A stretch of DNA of 63,125 nucleotides, filler included, from Chiloscyllium plagiosum (lineage: Eukaryota), in the NCBI RefSeq assembly GCF_004010195.1. It is 6 parts of one record of this genome, joined end to end, with 100 filler letters (N's around TTAATTAATTAA, not from the genome) between each part and the next. Parts side by side here need not be neighbours in the genome. Positions count along the whole stretch, not along the records: positions 22,893 to 41,096 come from NC_057712.1; positions 41,197 to 50,890 come from NC_057712.1; 4 more parts are not named here. One strand, written 5' to 3'. Shown here piece by piece: positions 39,247-49,604 of the stretch. Position 1 is the stretch's first letter. Each line of letters begins with the position of its first letter. The translations under genes and the position numbers were made by a program. Below the pieces are notes generated by a model. It worked only from the letters and a program-made list of their open reading frames with translations. It was not told the origin of the DNA and ran no database searches.

Positions 39247-40769
39247 GAGGATCTAAGATGGCGGCGATCTGAGAAGATCACACTGCAGAAATTCACATCG
39301 CAGCAGGAACAGGGCAGTCCTTTAACCCGCCCAACCCAGGTCATCAGGATTTCTTGGGGTGTTGGAAAGATTGTGGAGCCCCAAGAAACATTTAAAAATT
39401 GACTTACCTGTATTTTCAGCTGTCCAGAAATGCCTAAAAAGGGAGGAGCAGCATCTGAGGCCAGGCCTGCAGCTCAGCCTGCAGCAGCCTTGGAGCCGAT
39501 TACTCACCAGGACCTGGTGAAACAGCTCTCGAAGTCTTGCAAGATGTTGGGGAAACAGATTGAACAGAAGCTGGCTCCCGTCTCTCTCATGCTGCAGAAG
39601 CATTAGCAGCAGCTGGGAGACCTGGAGAAGAGGACGGATGAGGTGGAGCACAGGGTCACAGTGGTGGAAGCTGATGCCAGTTCATTCAAGGAAGAGATCC
39701 AAGCCCTGAAGACGGAGGTTCGTAATTTGCGTGACCAAGTGGATGATCTTGAAAACAGGGGCAGGAGAAAAAAACATTTGGATCATCGGTCTGCCTGAAG
39801 GTAAGGAAAGTGAGCGGCCTGCTGAATTTGTTGACGATTGGCTTCCGAAATTCCTTGACTTGGAGACTGGCATGAGAGGATTGAAGGTAGAGAGGGCTCA
39901 CCGGGTCGCAGCACGGAGGTCGGGTCTGAGTCAATGCCCTCGTCCTTTCCTGGTGCAGTTCCATCATTACTGGAACTGCACCAGATTATCTCTCCAAGCT
40001 TCAGGCTCTCTGCCTTTATTCCTGATGAAGGGCTTTTGCCCGAAATGTTGATTTTGCTACTCCTCGGATGCTGCCTGAACTGCTGTGCTCTTCCCGCACC
40101 ACTAATCCAAAATCTGGTTTCCAGCATCTGCAGTCATTGTTTTTACCTAACCAATATATTTTTTTAAAATAAATTTTTTTTTTATTCATATTGAAATTCT
40201 ATGGGGTGGTTATTCTTTTTAGCTTGTGATGCGGCTCTAGCTGGGAGAAGTGAAGGTGATTGAGATGGTTAGATGCCTATTTATGGGCAGTTCGGGGCGG
40301 GTAGTTGCCCCCTCCAGGCAGGGGGTGAGTTCCCCTACTCAGCGCTATTGGCGCTTTGTATGTTGGTTTGTTTTCTGGTTTTTGTTGTTTTTTAGTTTTA
40401 ATAATTTTGTATGTTTGTTAAATGTAGTGGTTTTAGTTTATGTCGTTTTTATATTTGATGGACCATGCAACACTAAGGCTCAGCAATTTGTGGTTCGGGT
40501 TCCTCCTCTCTGGAATTTAAATGTAATTGCAGAAGATTATGGCTAATGACTTGATTAAATGGTGTACCTGGAATATCAAGGGAAGTCACTCACCAATTAA
40601 GAGGAAGAAGGTACTCTTGAGTCTGAGAAAGGAGAAGATGGATATTGTTTTGTTACAAGAGACACATTTGGATGACAAGGAGCATCTGAAATTACAGCAG
40701 AATGGCTTTGACCGAGTTTATTTTTCATCATTTAATACCAGAAGTAGGGGAGTGGCAATATTGGTTAGG
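39247..40769 (+). mobile_element. L1-clade LINE 5' part: 5' UTR, ORF1 (ATG 39430, disrupted), inter-ORF region, ORF2 start (ATG 40539)
   Basis: ORF1 DDLENRGRR..NIxIIGLPE...VERAHR; ORF2 WNIKG...LLQETH...RGVAIL APE motifs; AAGATGGCGG at the 5' end. Confidence 0.9.
39986..40148 (+). mobile_element. Penelope-like terminal fragment (inverted partner of 40767-41096)
   Basis: Hammerhead core CTGATGAAGGGCTTTTGCCCGAAA at about 40022-40045. Confidence 0.85.
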
Positions 40770-41096
40770 TAAAAACAATGACTGCAGATGCTAGAAACCA
40801 GATTTTGGATTAGTGGTGCGGGAAGAGCACAGCAGTTCAGGCAGCATCCGAGGAGTAGCAAAAATCAACATTTCGGGCAAAAGCTCTTCATCAGGAATAA
40901 AGGCAGAGAGCCTGAAGCTTGGAGAGATAAGCTAGAGGAGGGTGGGGGTGGGGAGAAAGTAGCATGGAGTACAATAGATGAGTGGGGGAGGGGATGAAGG
41001 TGATAAGTCAGGGAGGAGGGTGGAGTGGATAGGTGGAAAAGAAGATAGGCAGGTAGGACAAGTCATGGGGACAGTGCTGAGCTGGAAATTTGGAAC
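40767..41096 (-). mobile_element. Penelope-like element 3' end, truncated by a gap
   Basis: Near-perfect reverse complement of 39986-40148, extended. Confidence 0.85.
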
Positions 41097-41196
41097 NNNN
41101 NNNNNNNNNNNNNNNNNNNNNNNNNNNNNNNNNNNNNNNNTTAATTAATTAANNNNNNNNNNNNNNNNNNNNNNNNNNNNNNNNNNNNNNNNNNNN

Positions 41197-42044
41197 ACTG
41201 TCAAAGCCATTTGGCAGAATGCCTAATCGCCAGAACTTTCCAACAAGCACCAAGACCTGGCTTGGCTGGTGGTGAGAAGGGCTCTGCCTGTGAGATCCTT
41301 TATGCACGCCCGGACTCTCAGCCACACCGCACGCTGCCCTCGAAGCGGCTGGGGAGGGTACGAGACTGTCACATACCTCCTTCTGGAATGTGCCTAAGCA
41401 GAAGAAGTCTGTGAGATCCTTTATGCACGCCCGGACTCTCAGCCACACCGCACGCTGCCCTCGAAGCGGCTGGGGAGGGTACGAGACTGTCACATACCTC
41501 CTTCTGGAATGTGCCTAAGCAGAAGAAGTCTGGAGAGGAATGCAGTGGTGTTTGTCGAGGTTCGTCCCGAGCAGGGCCGTGACACGGGACTCCGTGCTGT
41601 ACGGTCTGTTCCCCGGGACGCACACCGATACGAACATCAACTGTGCCTGGAGGATCATCAACTCGGTCTCTGGGTGGTCCGAAACCTGATCTTCCAGCTG
41701 AAGGAGTTGACCCCGACTGAGTGTTGCAGACTGGCACATTCCAAGGTCCAGGACTACGTGTTGAGGGGCGCGCTGAAGCTTGGGGCAGCTGCTGCCAAGG
41801 CGTGGTGGGGAAAGACCACCGTGTAACATCTGCCTGCCTAGGAAGAACAGGGGGTCCACGCAGTCATTTGGGCTCCGCTGACACCTCAGCTAAATATATG
41901 GACATATGATTGATAAACATACAGACCTGTATATACAAATGATAAATTCTGATCTCTGTATGTAAATGTTTACGTATGTATGGCATGACCAACTGTACAG
42001 ACCATCAAATTATTTCATGAATAAAGTATATTTTTGAAAAAAAA
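41197..42044 (+). mobile_element. Tx1-clade LINE 3' end with poly(A), inserted in an ERV LTR
   Basis: HQDLAWLVVRRALPVR..CPRSG..ETVxxLLLEC zinc-knuckle region; AATAAA followed by an A-tail. Confidence 0.8.
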
Positions 42045-42161
42045 GGTTCGGTGTCAGCCTAGTCAGTTTCTCTTCCAGCAATATCGCTGGTAATAAACAG
42101 CATGTCAATTTCACCTGATCTGGTTTGTGTGGTCTCTATTGGGCAAATTTCCCCAACAGTT

Positions 42162-42178
42162 TGGCGTTTGTCGGCAGG
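42162..42178 (+). promoter_or_regulatory. Primer binding site, tRNA-Ser-like
   Basis: TGGCGTTTGTCGGCAGG 3 nt after the LTR CA end; complement of the vertebrate tRNA-Ser 3' end is TGGCGTAGTCGGCAGG. Confidence 0.8.
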
Positions 42179-43374
42179 TCCTTTTTGTCTCTCAACAGGG
42201 TAAGAGAACCTGACATTTTAAATTTTAGCCCAATTCGGACCTGGCGGTCAGCCCTGCCCCAGCGGCTCAGATCACAGAAAGGCTGGACGATTGCGGAGCG
42301 TGGCCACAATTCTGATCTAGTGACTGTGGCGACTTGGCTGTGAAGGTAGCCTGGTAAATGAATAAATTCATCACCAAATTTAACTATCTGGCAGTCGGCT
42401 GCTGCTGCAGTTTGGAAGTTGAGCAGTGACTTGGCCTGTAGAGGTAGTCTGGCGAGCAAGTGAGTTAACGGGCAGCCGGTAATTCAGTTTTGAGCGGCTG
42501 TAGACTGGGAGGTAGTCAGCTGTGCTAAATATATTATCTACATTTTTGCAACAAACAGCAATTTGGCCCATGCGTGATCCAACTTGAGCCAGGACTTGTG
42601 TCACGAACCTGATCTAGCCAGGAGAAAAATGGTCGGGTCGGGAAAGTGTGGCAAGATAGGAGAGATTCGCCGATCCGATTTTCGCTTTAAAATCCTCAAA
42701 TTGTGAGAAATTGACAGGGGCCCTGCTGTCTTGTTTATCCTGTAGTTGTCTCGTCTCTTTGTCCTGTTTGTTGCTGTGTTTGTCAGTGCTGCAGTCTCTT
42801 CTCTATTCCCAGCTCGAACCACAGGTACGTGAGATTGTGGGACCCTAACCCTTGGGAATAGGACCGCCCCGGGGACAAGTCTAACTTGTCCGGCTGAGGC
42901 AACGGTCCGCGGACGCCGATTCTCAAGGAAGTAACAAGCACCGGGGTAACCACAATCGCTCGGACAGTAAGGTATGGAATACCCTGTTTATTCAGGTCGC
43001 CAGCCAATATTGTCTGGGAGCAGAACAGGGAAGGTAGGTTTTGGCAACCCTTGGTGACCTGAGTGTAAATAGGTTTAGGGAAGTGGTCAGCAGCCCCCCG
43101 CCCCCCCCCCAGTCTTAAATTGAAATCACGGAGTGCCGAAAACTCTGAAAAACAAAGAGTTTTTCCTCAGTACCCCACACTTACCTTGTTGCTGAGGAAC
43201 TTGATCCTGGGGGTGGGGGGGGATGAGGTGGCTGACTTACTTGGCTTCCCAACTACACAGGGCAGCAAAGAGAGAGACTGACTGGCAGTCTGTCAGAATT
43301 CATGTTAGTACTCAACAGGGTCCGAGTGCCCAGATTCACTTAGTCAGTAAATTGCTTGCTGGTGATTAAATGTT

Positions 43375-43963
43375 TGTTTGAAACCTTCTCCTCTGTTTTT
43401 GGCTGCACTTCAGTCCCACGCTCCTGATCTTTGGGCACCCGGTACGGAGGAAGGAGGGCAGGTCTGAAGACCTCCTCGTGGGCCTGCTCCTGGGCCTGGC
43501 CAAACTGGCCATTAACAGGTCCAGGCATGGGCCGTGGAGGGGGTCGTTAGGGCCGACTGCCTGCCCCTCTTCCGCGGTTACGTTAGGGCCCGGGTGTCCT
43601 TGGAGAAGGAGCACGCGGTGTCGACCAACACCCTGGAGTTGTTCAGGGAGAGGTGGGCGCCGCAGGGAGTGGAGTGCATCATTTCTCCCTCCAACTCTAT
43701 TTTGATTTAGTCCCTACCCTCCCCTTCACTGTTTTGATCACACAGCACTGCCCTCTGATGTGAAGGGCAGTGTTTGTCACTGGTCACCCGGGTGTTTTCC
43801 TATCTTCCTGGTGGTGGAAATTGAATAAAGATTCGTGCACTTTGTGTCTTTCACTGTGTCTCACACCTGCACACACACACCATGGGTGCTGGGGATAAAA
43901 TAAGCACTACCGCACTTAGGTGGTAGTGTGGGGGTTAAATTTAAAAAAATAAATAAAAATAAA
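43375..43963 (+). mobile_element. Second Tx1-clade LINE 3' end inserted in the ERV-A leader
   Basis: WLHFSPTLLIFG...LLLGLAKLAINRSR...RARVSLE...FRERW; A-rich tail. Confidence 0.8.
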
Positions 43964-44379
43964 CAGGGGATCATCCGCAGGGAAAAAAAATGTCTGTTTG
44001 AATCCCTGCAGCTCAACATCCAGGGATGACTTGATTTATTTTGCATTTGGTGATCTATGATGGGGTTTTTAAGGAACCATTGGTGCTTTATGTAATCAAA
44101 GTTCTGCATAAGTTTTATTCATGAGGTGTTAACACTCCCACCCTTTTCTACTTGTTCTGCAGTTACTGATGGCTTGTTTTTTTTCAATTTCAGGTGTCCC
44201 GTCTGGCTGTGTTTGTTCAGCGCTGAAATGTCAGCGATTACACGCTTGGTTTCCTTTATTGCCTCACCTGTCAATCATTTGTGTTCTGTGTGCACTTTTT
44301 TCCCCCTCAAAAAGTCAACTACAGCAGTTACAAATTGACCCAAGACGTTCAGGACGCTACGGGGGCACGGACATCCACC

Positions 44380-46020
44380 CTTTGCTGGGAGATAGCAGCC
44401 GTGGGAGCTGGGCAACCCCCAACCACATGGTGAGAATGGCCCAAGGCCGAAAATGAACAAGGGTACCCAGAAAAGGCATGGTAAACACGTAAACTGCAAG
44501 AACAAGGTAGAAGATGCTCTTGTTGCACCTGAGTCACCGGCAGACACCGTGCGAAAAGACACAGGGGACAGCCATTACGTTATTCCCTTCACAGGGGACC
44601 TGGTCCCAAGAGAATTGGCTACAAATTGATAAAATTGACTACTGGACCACGGCCATTACAGGGGGGAGGGGCACGGGGATCCCTCATGGAACACTGTCTA
44701 CGTGTTGCAGTGTCTCGCAAAATTTCGTGACATTGCCGAACACCATCAGCCCCCTAAAGTTAATAAAACCCCGACAGTGGAGACCCCTATCACCGAGTAC
44801 AGCACAGCAGCCCTCCGCCCCTCAATATCGGAAACCTCCCCGACTGGCCCCAGAGCCGGACCCGCTGCCTTTGTTACCACCACACAGCCCACGAGGATAC
44901 AGCAGCCGCTGGGCAGCCTGACTCAGGACTGCTACCCAATCCAGACAATAACCTCAGGTAAAAACCTCAGGCTCGCATGTAGCGCGGCAGCTGCCCTGAA
45001 AAACCAGGGCACTGAATGCCAATTTCCTCGTATTATGATTGGTTCTACTCCCCTTGATAAGCCCTGGACCCACGCAGATGCCCCAGACCCATTGAAAAGA
45101 CCACTCGCATTTTATAATTGGCTGATACAAATTTCTACCATTTACAGTTATCTGCCACAAGATTTGGAGACCCTGTTACCACCCACCTATGGTACCCACT
45201 GGGCGACCATTCGCTCTACTATTTTCTTCCCCACCCAACCCTGGGGCACTGCTGCAGACCGGAACAGATGGCTGGACAGCAGTGTGAGAGAGGCGATAAA
45301 AAAACTAGTGCAAGACAGCATGCAGACTTTGGTGCTATTACCCAGTGTCTGCAGAAAACAGACGAGCCCTTGCCAGGCTTCATTGCCCGCTTTAGGGAGG
45401 TCTGCCCAGCAGGCATCCCCTTAACAGAGAATGAGAAGCTGGCTGTACAGACTCTCGTTAATTGCATACTCCCTACATACATTCCTGAAGAAGGGCTCAT
45501 GCCCGAAATGTCGATTCTCCTGCTCCTTGGATGCTGCCTGACCTGCTGCGCTTTTCCAGCAACACATTTTCAGCTCTGATCTCCAGCATCTGCAGTCCTC
45601 ACTTTCTCCTACTCCCGGCATATGTCCATGCATACAAACTACGTATCTTAACTTGACAAACAACGGCCTGGGGGCGGGGGGACACACCCTAACCACACTC
45701 ACTAACCTGGATAGGAATGGACTGTTCACCAGGCCAAAAGAGGCAGGGGCATTCCCCCGAATTGCACAACTGGCCCGCCCGAGGAACACAGCTAGACCAG
45801 TACAGAGACCTCTGCGGTTTTTTTTAAAGGACTGCGCTTGCACTGTGGCAAACAGGACACTTGGCTAAACGCAGCTTGGGTTACCACCCAAGCAGGGAAG
45901 GCAGGCCTCCCCACTCCTCACAGGCACAGCAGCCGCAGCCCCCCACCCCACAGTGGCAGCCTCGCCAAGCTGCCCACATTATGGCTGATCCCTTCACCCT
46001 GTGCCCCTGAAACTAACTGG
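44380..46020 (+). pseudogene. ERV-A gag (frameshifted)
   Basis: FPSQGTW matrix-like motif, QKTDEPLPGFIARFRE major homology region, decayed zinc knuckle HCGKxGHLAK. Confidence 0.8.
45481..45609 (+). mobile_element. Short Penelope-like hammerhead-bearing insertion in gag
   Basis: ATTCCTGAAGAAGGGCTCATGCCCGAAATGTC; imperfect 14-bp TSD (45467-45480 and 45610-45623). Confidence 0.85.
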
Positions 46021-46069
46021 GGCTGCCGTGAGAGGGAGGTTTTGCAGGCGGTCTCAATACACCTCTCCA

Positions 46070-47360
46070 ACTCCCCATCAGAAAACCCGATGATGAATGT
46101 GGAAGGGGGGTGGGGAGCTCATCTCCTTTCTGGTGGATTCCGGGGCCACCCACCCATCTGCGCCACCCTCTGCGGAACTCTCCCTGAGTTCCAAGACTGT
46201 CTGTACAGTAGGGCTTTCGGGAGTGCCCATGACAGAGCCACTCTCCCAACCCATGAACTTTAGTATCAGACCAGCCACTGTCCCTGGCACATTGGCACAG
46301 TGGTGCTGGGTTCAATTCCCGCCTCAGGCGACTGTGTCGAGTTTGCACATTCTCCCCGTGTCTGTGTGGGTTTCTTCCAGGTGCTCCGGTTTCCTCCTAG
46401 AGTCCAAAAATGTACAGGTTAGGTGAATTGGCCATGCTAAATTGCCCATAGTGTTAGGCGAAGGGGTAAATGTAGGGGAATGGGTGTGGGTGGGTTGCGC
46501 TTCGGCGGGTCAGTGTGGATTTGTTGGGCCGAAGGACCTGTTTCCACACTGTAAGTAATCTAATCTAATCATCATTTCCACTACCTGCCCAGTCGCCCTC
46601 CTGGGCTGACAGACCTTATACAAACTAAATGCCAGCATTCACTGTTCCCCGGAGGGTCTCACACTGGAGATCCCAGATACCCATTATTCTATGTTACTGG
46701 TGGCAATCACCCGCAGCCCAGAACCCCCTAACCAGACAAGCTCCTGCTACACATGGTCCTGCCCCACCATCCCTACCCGCGCTCTTCTCGACCCCCTGCT
46801 TTACCTGTTATCAAGGGCCCCTACATCCCCCAGTTTATCTTTCCTCTGCTGGGTGATACTGACAGGTCGCTTTGTCTGTTGGCAGCTTCCGGCCCACAGA
46901 ACTGGCTACCGGATGTGCTGCACTCGCAGACCCTCATCTCGCCCTCACCTGCTGCTAGCACTCACTGGCCTGTACTTTGTGGGACCACAGGGAGTGACAG
47001 CAGAGCTACAGCTTGGCAAGGAACACACTGCACTGTTCTGCAACAGCCAGACGGCTGTTCTATACATTCCCCTCATTGTTAAGAGTCCATGGGTTCCTAA
47101 GGATTTAGGTCACGTGATGGTGCACCCAAGGGAGCGCCCCCCCCCCTCCACTTCGCGCCCCTCAGTCAAGCCCACACCCCAATCAGTGCCCATTCATCCG
47201 TTGCGACCCGGGGACTATGTCATGATAAAATCATTAGAAAAAGATTCTCTCTCCCCTAGATGGAAAGGCCCGTACCTGATCCTGATGACAGGCCGAACAG
47301 CTGTGAAACTGGAAGGATGGTCTGAATGGACACATGGCACCCACTGCAAGAGGGCTCCAC
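46070..47360 (+). pseudogene. ERV-A pro / deleted pol: protease, 2H-like remnant, integrase C-terminus
   Basis: FLVDSGAT; CPVALLG*; YFVGPQGV...KDLGHVM fused to PGDYVMIK...PRWKGPYLIL...WTHGTHCKRAP. Confidence 0.85.
46287..46570 (+). mobile_element. HE1/V-SINE inserted in the ERV-A protease
   Basis: Central domain and (TAATC)n tail; head partly deleted. Confidence 0.85.
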
Positions 47361-47439
47361 AACCAATGAACAGGGACCACACAGAGGAAGACATCACTCC
47401 GATCACTCACAGCAGCCATCACCATCAGCACCCTCGGCC

Positions 47440-48700
47440 TGATCTGTCTGACCATTACACTGTGACTTGCTGGTAAACAGGGACAAAGGGCAGCAAATTT
47501 CATAACCTGCCATGACTTGTGGGCCAACACCTTCCTGAGAATGGCCCAATGGTATGCCCAGAGATTTACTCAGATCTGCTGCTGAGTCTGCACTAGGGTC
47601 CCTGTCCACTCTCATGTTGGCATTCCCTTAGCCTCAATCCCCTTAAATATCTCTGACATGGCAGAGTGGTGGCTAGACCCAGACAAGTCCCCTGAGGTTA
47701 CCACACTAGCCATGACCACTTACAGGGACAACAGCCCAGCCCATTGGGGTTCTGCGGGTTACCACCTGGACAAGTTTAAAGGATGGTTTCACTCAGCCTA
47801 CAATCTCTCCCATGAACACCCAGCCCTGACCATTGCTAAACTAATACACAAGTGCCACCTGTGGGATCCATCTGTTTAAAAAAGCACACAGCCATCGGGA
47901 TGGGAAGCTGGCTGGAGCCGGTGCACTGACTCCCTGCTCCTAACTCCTGCAGCAAGCCAATCCAGTGCAGAAGGCAGCATTTTAAACCTATAGGTCCTCA
48001 ATAAGACCAGCCAGAACACCACCTTCCTCACCATCAGGACAGGGACCCAGACCCATCTCTGGACCTACAAAGGCACCTACTTTATCTGTGGCCACAAAGC
48101 CTACCCCGGCTGCCATTATCCTGGACTGGGAGTTGCCATGTTGGGTATGCTGTACTGTTCATCTATCACTTCCAGTCGCTTCCATTCCCAAAGCCCATGA
48201 CCCGCAGCAGACGAGCCCTCGCTGCCATTGAAGCAGCTCCCTACCTCATGGTACCCCTCCTTTGTAACCCTGCAGTTACAGGTAGAAGCCCATAAACTCG
48301 CTGCCACACTAGCGGAGGTGGCAAACTCCACAGCAAACGCACTCGCTCAGCTGAAGGCGGAGGCTGTTACCATCCAAACTGTGGCTTTGCAGAACAGGAT
48401 GGCCATGGACTACCTACTCACTGTGAAAGGGGGCAGATGCGTCCTCATTGGTGCTGACTGCTGCACTTACGTTCCTGACCCCAGTGAAAACATCACAGAC
48501 CTGGCCCAACATATTCGGCAGACAGCTTCTGTCCTGCATGACCACAACTCTCACTGGGACTTATGGGACTGGGCAGCCTCATGGCTGAGGTCATGGGGCA
48601 CAGCCCTACTGCAGGGACTGATAGCCCTCATTACTATCATTGCCGGGCTTGTAGCACTGGCCATGGCCATCTGACTGTGCTGCTCACACCTATGTGCAAT
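47440..48700 (+). pseudogene. ERV-A env (gamma-type, disrupted SU, largely open TM)
   Basis: C*VC at 47580-47591, RSRR furin site 48203-48214, ISD LQNRMAMDYLL 48387-48419, CVLIGADCC (CX6CC) 48438-48464, hydrophobic anchor. Confidence 0.9.
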
Positions 48701-48905
48701 TCTGCTACCCTCTGCCCCCCTCACCACTCAGCTAGCACAGAACCACTGGCAGAACATACCTGCCCCTGGGATAGCCTCTCGTGGGCCAGACTTGGACACT
48801 GAGGGCTACCTGTCTGTTGCCAAGCTCCCCCACCCGACAATGCCCCTGGCTCCAGCTACATTGCCTCCTTCTCGTCCTGCCCCTAATGGAAAAAAGGAGA
48901 GGGAA

Positions 48906-49604
48906 TCATGGGAAAAGATCTGCCAACCTGCCAACTCATAATAGGCCCACAAAAGCAAAATTGGCCAAAATGTACTAAAACACTCAGAATACCTCAGCAA
49001 GGGACCAAGCAGGCTGACAAGCAAAACTAGACAGCACTCACAGACAAAGGAATACACTACACTTCAAGCTCCCACTAACAATTACAGAGCACCACAGCTA
49101 TCCCAAAGCCCCAAGGGCAGTTTCACAACCCAGCAATACCAAAGCCACACAAAGCACAGGTCAGACAGAAAGGTACCAGCAAAGCATCACTCCCAGGACA
49201 GGACAATGGAAGCACCTCGCCACTTCAGAGGAGACATTAACACCTACTAGCAAAGAGGAATGGAACCTCCAGAACCACCAATACTGTCAGAATGTTGCTT
49301 TGTGTAGAGAATCATGACATTCCTTCGATAACTATTTTCCAATTAGTATCATTCTAACTAGATTACTCCATTTTCAGACACATTGTATTTTCCCCATTTC
49401 TAATTAGCTTTATTGTACAGCATTATTATAAAAATTGGTCTTATCGTCAGCTCTGGGAAGAGAAATTCTGATCTACCTGTACAGACGGTCAGTTCTGTGT
49501 CAGCCTAGTCAGTTTCTCTTCCAGCAACACCGCTTGTAATAAACGGCATGTCAATTTCACCCAATCTGGTGTGTGTGGTCTCCATTGGGCAAATTTCTCC
49601 GCTA
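48906..49604 (+). repeat. ERV-A 3' LTR (~700 bp)
   Basis: Preceded by PPT GGAAAAAAAGGAGAGGGAA; TATAAAA 49427-49433; AATAAA 49538-49543; 3' end matches the 5' LTR remnant. Confidence 0.85.

Larger units (their letters stand above)
42045..49604 (+). mobile_element. ERV-A: defective class I endogenous retrovirus (partial 5' LTR, PBS, gag, pro, deleted pol, env, 3' LTR)
   Basis: Paired LTR ends (42045-42158 vs 49492-49604), tRNA-Ser-like PBS, capsid MHR, DSG protease, integrase GPY C-terminus, gamma-type env, PPT. Confidence 0.92.
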
